Source: a bacterium (lineage in GTDB: Bacteria > Patescibacteriota > Saccharimonadia > Saccharimonadales > JAUPVS01). From it: a stretch of 52,103 bases of DNA. Position numbers and translations under genes: made by a program. Each line of letters opens with the position of its first letter. Position 1 is the first letter of the stretch. The DNA is taken from NCBI GenBank assembly GCA_029780855.1, contig JAKOXV010000018.1, positions 1 through 52,103 on the forward strand, in the 5' to 3' direction. This document shows positions 46,002 through 52,103 of the stretch, in pieces. Under the pieces are notes generated by a model, which did no database searches, was not told where the DNA came from, and worked only from the letters and a program-made list of their open reading frames with translations.

Positions 46002-46973
46002 TTACTTTTGTTCTGCATTCGTAATAATAGTATCGAGCAATTGCTCAAGCGACAAGCCGGCCGCTCTAGCTTGCTGCGGGTAGATACTGGCGTCAGCAAA
46101 GCCTGGGAGAGGATTTATTTCAATAACATATAGGGTTTCATCCTGCAGCATCATATCTGTTCTAGAATATGCTCCGCAGCCAAGCGCGGCGTGACAGCGA
46201 ACGGCTATTTCCTGAATCTTTTCCAGCATCGCTGCATCCATATCGGGTGGCGTTATTTCTTTTGTGCCTCCCTTTTCATACTTTGCGCGGTAATCAAAAA
46301 ACTCTGAAACCACCGGTATGAGTTCCGTAGGTGGTAGTGCCGTAAGTGACGACCCTTCTTTTAGGACACCACAAGAAACCTCCCGACCTTTTATGTACTC
46401 CTGAGCAATAATGTTTTCATCAAACCTAAATGCTTCCTCAACCGCCGGTTTAAGCGCCTCTTTACTGTGTACAATTCGTACACCCACACTAGAACCTTGT
46501 CGTGCCGGCTTGATCACTAACGGGTAGGTGAACGCACCGTCTACTTCGCTGACAATTTTATGCACGTCTTGATCTTGAGAATAAAACAAGTACTCCGGTA
46601 CGTTAAGCCCCTCTTTGGCGAACAGCTCATTGGAAGAGACCTTATCCATAGAAAGAATACTGGAGACCGCGGAGGATCCGGTATAGCTAACCCCGTATAG
46701 TTCACATAAACCCTGCAAAGTACCATCTTCACCATAGCTTCCGTGTAACGCAATAAAAATGATTGCATGCTTTTCTTTCAAAAATGTTAGCGCTTCTGGC
46801 GCAGTCCTAGTTTTATCTTCAAATTGCCACAGTCGGTTTTTAGTTATAACTACTTTAATGGGCGTATATTTCTCTGGATTAAGATTCTGCAGAACGGTCT
46901 GTCCTGTTAGTAGAGAAATCTCGTGCTCCGCAGAAGGGCCACCCATCACAACAGCGATGTTACGTTTAGCCAC
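46002..46973 (-). CDS. ddl: D-alanine--D-alanine ligase
   Basis: GGPSAEHEISL, HGSYGEDGTLQG, an ATP-grasp core and EINPLPG. GTG start. It overlaps the murF stop by 8 nt. Confidence 0.95.
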   Translation of the reverse strand: MAKRNIAVVMGGPSAEHEISLLTGQTVLQNLNPEKYTPIKVVITKNRLWQFEDKTRTAPEALTFLKEKHAIIFIALHGSYGEDGTLQGLCELYGVSYTGSSAVSSILSMDKVSSNELFAKEGLNVPEYLFYSQDQDVHKIVSEVDGAFTYPLVIKPARQGSSVGVRIVHSKEALKPAVEEAFRFDENIIAQEYIKGREVSCGVLKEGSSLTALPPTELIPVVSEFFDYRAKYEKGGTKEITPPDMDAAMLEKIQEIAVRCHAALGCGAYSRTDMMLQDETLYVIEINPLPGFADASIYPQQARAAGLSLEQLLDTIITNAEQK

Positions 46974-48237
46974 GCTGGAAGTTCCTTTGCTTCTTTTTCA
47001 TCCATTGGGCACTTTGACGAACCAGACGGTCGGAATCTTTGGGGTTTTTCAGCAGCGGCTTCACCGCTTCTTCGGCGTACACATTGTTTTGAGACCCCTT
47101 TACCAAGATCACTGCACCTTTTTTGATTCGCTCTTTAACATACATACCAGCATCAAATGGATTAGTAAATTCTTGCACGCTGCAGCCTTTTGCTTTGGCT
47201 GCAGCTGCTAAATAAGTATTTGCATCCGGACCAATAGTTACTACCAGATCAAGTTGTTTCGGATCACAGTACTGGCCAACAGAGCGATGGGCATCTTCTG
47301 AATACTTTCCTAGCTCGTTCATGTTTCCAAGTACCGCAATTTTTTGGTCCGCTTCAAGTAGGTACAGGCTGTCCAGAGCCGCCATGACAGCGTCCGGGCT
47401 CGCATTATACGTTTCATCCAATATCCAAGACCCTTTTATGCCCTGCAACCGCTGCATCCTACCGCTAACAGGTTGTATTTTGCTGATCCCATTAATTATT
47501 TCTTCATCTGGTACTTGTAGCAAGTTCGCAACAGCAGCAGCTGCAGTGGCAGAATACAGCTCGCTTTTGGCCACCGCTTCCATTGAAGTCGCAAGCCATG
47601 TATTGCCGTTCATAACAAGCGTAAAAGAAGCTAGTTGGTTCTTAAACGTTTCCTTTGTTATTCGCACATCGGCTTTGTCGTTAGTTCCGTAGCTGCTTAG
47701 AGGAATATCTACGGCGAGGTATTTTTGATCGCATAGATCAGTATTAACTACCAGCTGATTGGCATATGACGTGACAGCAAGCTCTTCTTCCGCTACCGCG
47801 TCAAGATCCTCAAAGAACTCCATATGCTCTGGAGTTATGGCTGTCAAAATTGCGATATCCAAACTTAGATACTTTTTAAACCGCTGGATGTCACCTGGTG
47901 TATCGGTGCCAACTTCAACTACCACCACGTCATATCGAAATGGTCTTCTGATCGCAACCTCGTTGCCAATTATCGTTACAGCCCAGGCAAATGGGTTAAA
48001 GAGGCTTGGCAGAGATCTGCCAAAAAATACCAGCGGTACCGTCACGATGTCATTGTAGTTACCTCGCTGAAAACGCACACGATATTTTTCCGATAATACT
48101 TTGGCGACCGCAAACTTAGTACTAGTTTTGCCAATACTACCAACTATTCCCACCACCTTAAATGCATGGCGCTTTCTAAGCCTTCTGACTTGCCAGCCGA
48201 GGACTACAACAATAACGGTGCGGGCTATCTTCTTCAT
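46966..48237 (-). CDS. murF: Mur ligase family, UDP-MurNAc-tripeptide--D-Ala-D-Ala ligase-like (MurF-like) lacking the usual N-terminal domain
   Basis: P-loop GIVGSIGKTSTK is already at residue about 31. The central and C-terminal Mur ligase domains are present (MNELG, ILVKGSQ). It is translationally coupled to ddl. Confidence 0.75.
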   Translation of the reverse strand: MKKIARTVIVVVLGWQVRRLRKRHAFKVVGIVGSIGKTSTKFAVAKVLSEKYRVRFQRGNYNDIVTVPLVFFGRSLPSLFNPFAWAVTIIGNEVAIRRPFRYDVVVVEVGTDTPGDIQRFKKYLSLDIAILTAITPEHMEFFEDLDAVAEEELAVTSYANQLVVNTDLCDQKYLAVDIPLSSYGTNDKADVRITKETFKNQLASFTLVMNGNTWLATSMEAVAKSELYSATAAAAVANLLQVPDEEIINGISKIQPVSGRMQRLQGIKGSWILDETYNASPDAVMAALDSLYLLEADQKIAVLGNMNELGKYSEDAHRSVGQYCDPKQLDLVVTIGPDANTYLAAAAKAKGCSVQEFTNPFDAGMYVKERIKKGAVILVKGSQNNVYAEEAVKPLLKNPKDSDRLVRQSAQWMKKKQRNFQRG

Positions 48238-48268
48238 AATGCTTGCCTTTAGTATAGCGTGAAACTGG

Positions 48269-49180
48269 CTACTGCTGTAATGATTGAATACGTTGCTGAA
48301 GCTGCGTGGAGCTTATTGATTTACTTGGTAGCGCAACATCTTCTACCAACCCATAGGAACCATACGTTTCTTCCCGCCCTTGGTCTGGATAGGTAATTCC
48401 GACGAGCTGGCGGCTAAATGGCTCAACCGAGACCGCTATGGTACTTGGTGGTGATGCTTTGTAAGCCTCTGGGCTAAAGCCAGGAATTGTACCGATACCG
48501 ATATCTTTCGCAAATTGCTGCAATACAAAAGCGTAGCCCTCAGGGTGGAACGTTACTTGGTAGGTCATGACGTTACGGCCGCTAACCACCTCGTGCTTCA
48601 CATTTTCATAATTTACCGTAAAGGCCTTTTTCTGTTTCATGAGTTCAATTAAAGATTTTCGCTGTGATGCAGAAATACTCCCTATCGGGAAGGTGTTTAG
48701 TAGTGAGCTAATAAAAGTTTTGCCACTTACCGTATCATCCTTGCCATATTCCGTCTTTCCCCAGACACCTACAATAGAAGAAAAGGCCTTGTTCTCCGGT
48801 CCAGAAGTCTTAATGTCTGCGTAGCGGACGTAATCAGTATTCGTAGTACCAATCATTTCTGTTACTACTTTATTTTCAGCTTTGCCCTGCTTTTGCGACA
48901 CGGTCGTTCGGGTCTGTGCCACATTGACGTTCGCAAGGCTAACCTGCGTTTCCTGTGTGAGCGTAGTATCGGTATTTGCTTGGACATCCTTTTTATAGAA
49001 TCCAGGAGTAGTTAGATTAGCATCCACCATTCCCCAAAAAACATTTTGAGGCTTTAAGTACACTTGTGTGCAATACACCCAAATACTAATTGCAAAAATT
49101 AGTACTCCCAGCGCAAATATCAGGACTTTATACTTCGTTTCATTCAGATCTTCTAACGATACATTGTAAAGTTTTGCCAT
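48269..49180 (-). CDS. membrane-anchored extracytoplasmic protein, unknown function
   Basis: One TM helix (VLIFALGVLIFAISIWVY) followed by a roughly 250-aa soluble domain. The start is ambiguous (49180, 49189 or 49240). Confidence 0.5.
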   Translation of the reverse strand: MAKLYNVSLEDLNETKYKVLIFALGVLIFAISIWVYCTQVYLKPQNVFWGMVDANLTTPGFYKKDVQANTDTTLTQETQVSLANVNVAQTRTTVSQKQGKAENKVVTEMIGTTNTDYVRYADIKTSGPENKAFSSIVGVWGKTEYGKDDTVSGKTFISSLLNTFPIGSISASQRKSLIELMKQKKAFTVNYENVKHEVVSGRNVMTYQVTFHPEGYAFVLQQFAKDIGIGTIPGFSPEAYKASPPSTIAVSVEPFSRQLVGITYPDQGREETYGSYGLVEDVALPSKSISSTQLQQRIQSLQQ

Positions 49181-49266
49181 GATAATCATTGTAGCAGTTT
49201 TCCTATCACCTCTGGCAATAATCGGTATCTTAGTGTACAATTTCCATCTGTTAATGAACCTATCGC

Positions 49267-49343
49267 GGGGATATAGCTCAGTTGATTAGAGCGCTTCGCT
49301 GGCAGCGAAGAGGTCCGGGGTTTGAGTCCCCGTATCTCCACCA
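49267..49343 (+). tRNA. tRNA-Ala (anticodon GGC)
   Basis: Acceptor GGGGATA/TATCTCC with the G3:U70 alanine identity pair. Anticodon stem CTTCG/CGAAG with loop CTGGCAG. T arm CGGGG-TTTGAGT-CCCCG, discriminator A and an encoded CCA. Confidence 0.9.
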
Positions 49344-49351
49344 ATCTAAGA

Positions 49352-49375
49352 ACCCGCCGTACAGGTGGGTTTTTT
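49352..49375 (+). terminator. rho-independent terminator after tRNA-Ala
   Basis: ACCCGCC gtaca GGTGGGT forms a 7-bp stem with one G-U pair, followed by TTTTT. Confidence 0.65.
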
Positions 49376-49382
49376 GATTGGT

Positions 49383-49525
49383 TAAAGGTGGATATACCCC
49401 CGCATGAGGTCCGGGTGAAAACTGCCTGTGGCAGTTTGCAAGGCAATCTTCTGATGAAAACTTGTTTTTCATTCATGAAGTTGCGGGCCTGCCGAAGGTA
49501 GGTTGAGTCCCCGTATCTCCACCAA
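49383..49525 (+). other. tRNA-Ala-derived mosaic / tRNA-like element
   Basis: It contains, in tRNA order: an acceptor-5'-like GGTGGATATA (compare GGGGATATA), GAGGTCCGGG (variable/T-stem 5'), an inserted roughly 80 nt with two strong hairpins (49419..49437 and 49448..49480), then an exact 23-nt copy of the T-loop-to-CCA segment. Confidence 0.35.
49503..49525 (+). repeat. exact 23-nt direct repeat of the tRNA-Ala 3' end
   Basis: TTGAGTCCCCGTATCTCCACCAA occurs at 49322..49344 and again at 49503..49525. Confidence 0.9.
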
Positions 49526-49532
49526 AGAATAT

Positions 49533-49563
49533 GGATCATCTGTTGTGATGGTCCTTTTTCTTT
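49533..49563 (+). terminator. rho-independent terminator after the tRNA-like element
   Basis: GGATCATC tgttgt GATGGTCC forms an 8-bp stem with one G-U pair, followed by TTTTTCTTT. Confidence 0.6.
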
Positions 49564-49596
49564 GAATAAAAGCTTGGCTTACTGTTTAATAGAACT

Positions 49597-50577
49597 ATGT
49601 CGGAAAACTCTTACCTCCTTGCGACACCAGAGAATGACCCATATTTCCTTGATACGATGGCAGAATGTGCCCAATTAGAAATGGATCGCCATAGCCTCGA
49701 GCGCAAAGAATGGAACTATCACGAAACCCTTTCCCGTGAGGTACTTGCCGACCTATCGGCAAGACCACCATTGGAAGTCGAACCAGCCGCTCGTTACATT
49801 TATCTTGGTAACTTGGCCGTTGAAAAAGGTCATGCAGAATATGACCGCATTACTGCCGCCGTATTTGAACAACACCCCATCTTTAGGTCCTGGAAAAATA
49901 TCTGGGTTGCAGAAGAAGAACCGCATGGCGATGCTATGTTGCAATGGGCAAAAGCTAGCGGTATGTGGGACGGCCCAACCATGCATACAATTTCACAGGG
50001 TTACCTAAAGCATGGTTCAACTTTAGCGTTCCATGATGCCGCGACTGGTCTCGCTTACCCTGCATTTCAGGAAATTGCTACCAGACTGACACATAAAGCC
50101 GTAAAAGATAATTTGCCAGAAGATGCCAAAGAAGGACGTATAATCCTATCTAAAATCATTGGTGACGAGCAACGTCATGAGCGCTTTTACGCCAACATGG
50201 TTCGCCACGCGCTTCACAGCGGCGATACACAGGTTGCTTCCCAGCAAATGCGCGGAGTAGCACGAGCGGTACTTGGCTTCCGAATGCCAGGCATGGAGGA
50301 TGACATCCCTGATCCCGAGCATAATATCAACAGAGCGTATCTTTCAACTGGAGCCTTCACACTCGCAAAACTGGTTCATACCGTCTTTCTGCCAGTTCTT
50401 TCCGGCGAAGGTACACATGGCTGGTCACTCGCTGAAGTCGATACACTAGACGACCAAGGTCGGGCCGCACAAGAACGCCTCCTTACGTTTATTGAAGACC
50501 TAGAAAAAGCAACAGACAACGAGCGGCGAACAAAACTAGTTCTTGGCAAAGCCAGAAGAGAAGTTAGCCTTACATAA
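49597..50577 (+). CDS. acyl-ACP desaturase family (soluble di-iron desaturase, DesA-like) protein
   Basis: 326 aa with WVAEEEPHGDAM (compare EENRHG), FQEIATRLTH (compare QE.AT..SH) and IGDEQRHERFY (compare DEKRHE). The ExxH di-iron ligand pairs are retained. Confidence 0.6.
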   Translation: MSENSYLLATPENDPYFLDTMAECAQLEMDRHSLERKEWNYHETLSREVLADLSARPPLEVEPAARYIYLGNLAVEKGHAEYDRITAAVFEQHPIFRSWKNIWVAEEEPHGDAMLQWAKASGMWDGPTMHTISQGYLKHGSTLAFHDAATGLAYPAFQEIATRLTHKAVKDNLPEDAKEGRIILSKIIGDEQRHERFYANMVRHALHSGDTQVASQQMRGVARAVLGFRMPGMEDDIPDPEHNINRAYLSTGAFTLAKLVHTVFLPVLSGEGTHGWSLAEVDTLDDQGRAAQERLLTFIEDLEKATDNERRTKLVLGKARREVSLT

Positions 50578-50578
50578 A

Positions 50579-50606
50579 CAATAGCTCCCAGAATCAGGAG
50601 CTATTG
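50579..50606. terminator. hairpin between convergent desaturase-like gene and ligA
   Basis: CAATAGCTCC cagaatca GGAGCTATTG forms a perfect 10-bp stem. The flanking T-runs are weak. Confidence 0.45.
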
Positions 50607-50707
50607 TTGCCGTGCGCGCCCACCGAAGCGGCAGGTGTTTGTTTTTGTATTTTTGTTTTCAAACGGCGCCGCTTGCGCACGAGATAGTAGTATTAAACCG
50701 CTAATCC

Positions 50708-52103
<1,396 letters not shown>

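Noticed and set aside
49405-49440. Resemblance of GAGGTCCGGGTGAAAACTGCC to the SRP RNA domain IV motif (AGGUCCGGAAGGAAGCAGCC).
   Set aside because: The shared part is also present in the tRNA-Ala variable/T-stem region, so tRNA derivation explains it. The GNRA tetraloop and its closing pairs cannot be formed.
49383-49525. The idea that the tRNA-Ala-like element is a tmRNA (ssrA).
   Set aside because: It is far shorter than known one-piece tmRNAs. The second copy lacks the 5' half of the T stem (GTAGG instead of CGGGG). The 5' end cannot form a 7-bp acceptor with G3:U70. No tag-like reading frame ending in a hydrophobic Ala-rich C-terminus plus stop was found; the best frame gives ARQSSDENLFFIHEVAGLPKVG.
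49186-49539. 117-aa minus-strand ORF, and the 64-aa ORF at 49278..49472.
   Set aside because: They run across the tRNA-Ala gene and the repeat element. The duplicated peptide WWRYGDS is simply the translated 23-nt tRNA 3'-end repeat.
50615-50635. GCCCACCGAAG, considered as a third copy of the tRNA-Ala 3' end (TCTCCACCAAAG). This would have made the desaturase-like gene the cargo of an att-bounded island.
   Set aside because: Only about 8 of 10 positions match, with no extension into the T-loop or acceptor sequence. That is within chance expectation.

Overview
This is a compact 52.1-kb bacterial window that is almost entirely coding. I called about 57 CDSs, 2 tRNAs (Gln-CTG and Ala-GGC) and 1 multiply disrupted pseudogene. 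I saw no rRNA, CRISPR array, transposase or integrase.

Gene content:
- Housekeeping: pheST, leuS, ligA (3' part, runs off the right edge), typA, a DEAD-box helicase, rarA, rmuC, the rpsP / KH-protein / trmD cluster, rnc, nusB, a short rpmF missing from the ORF track, and an aminotransferase-ddl-murF cluster.
- Carbon metabolism: phosphoketolase plus acetate kinase, two tandem GH63/MGH1-like hydrolases, and a GH13 TreS/TreY-like enzyme.
- Metal and redox: a divergent ZIP/Fur-family pair, a Fur-family / glutaredoxin-like / DUF2202 operon, and a P19-like protein.
- Accessory stretch (about 31-36 kb): a glycine-rich phage-tail-fibre-like protein, a jelly-roll-like partner, a DUF1697 pseudogene, a type IV pilin and DUF1653, ending at tRNA-Gln.

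The gene set and tight packing suggest a reduced-genome organism, possibly CPR/Saccharibacteria-like. That is inference only and needs a database search. I did not find a clear multi-gene novel system such as a defence island.

The most notable items are:
1. A roughly 140-nt tRNA-Ala-derived mosaic element with an exact 23-nt copy of the tRNA 3' end and its own terminator.
2. An acetate kinase whose conserved NAGSSS N-terminus lies upstream of any canonical start codon, next to an A5 slippery run.
3. A recurrent extended -10 box 6-9 nt upstream of start codons, implying leaderless transcripts.
4. A secreted Asn/Trp-rich repeat protein with a Cys-bracketed insert.
5. An orphan phage-tail-fibre-like gene pair.
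6. An acyl-ACP-desaturase-like gene next to tRNA-Ala.

All family assignments come from motif recognition by eye, not from searches.
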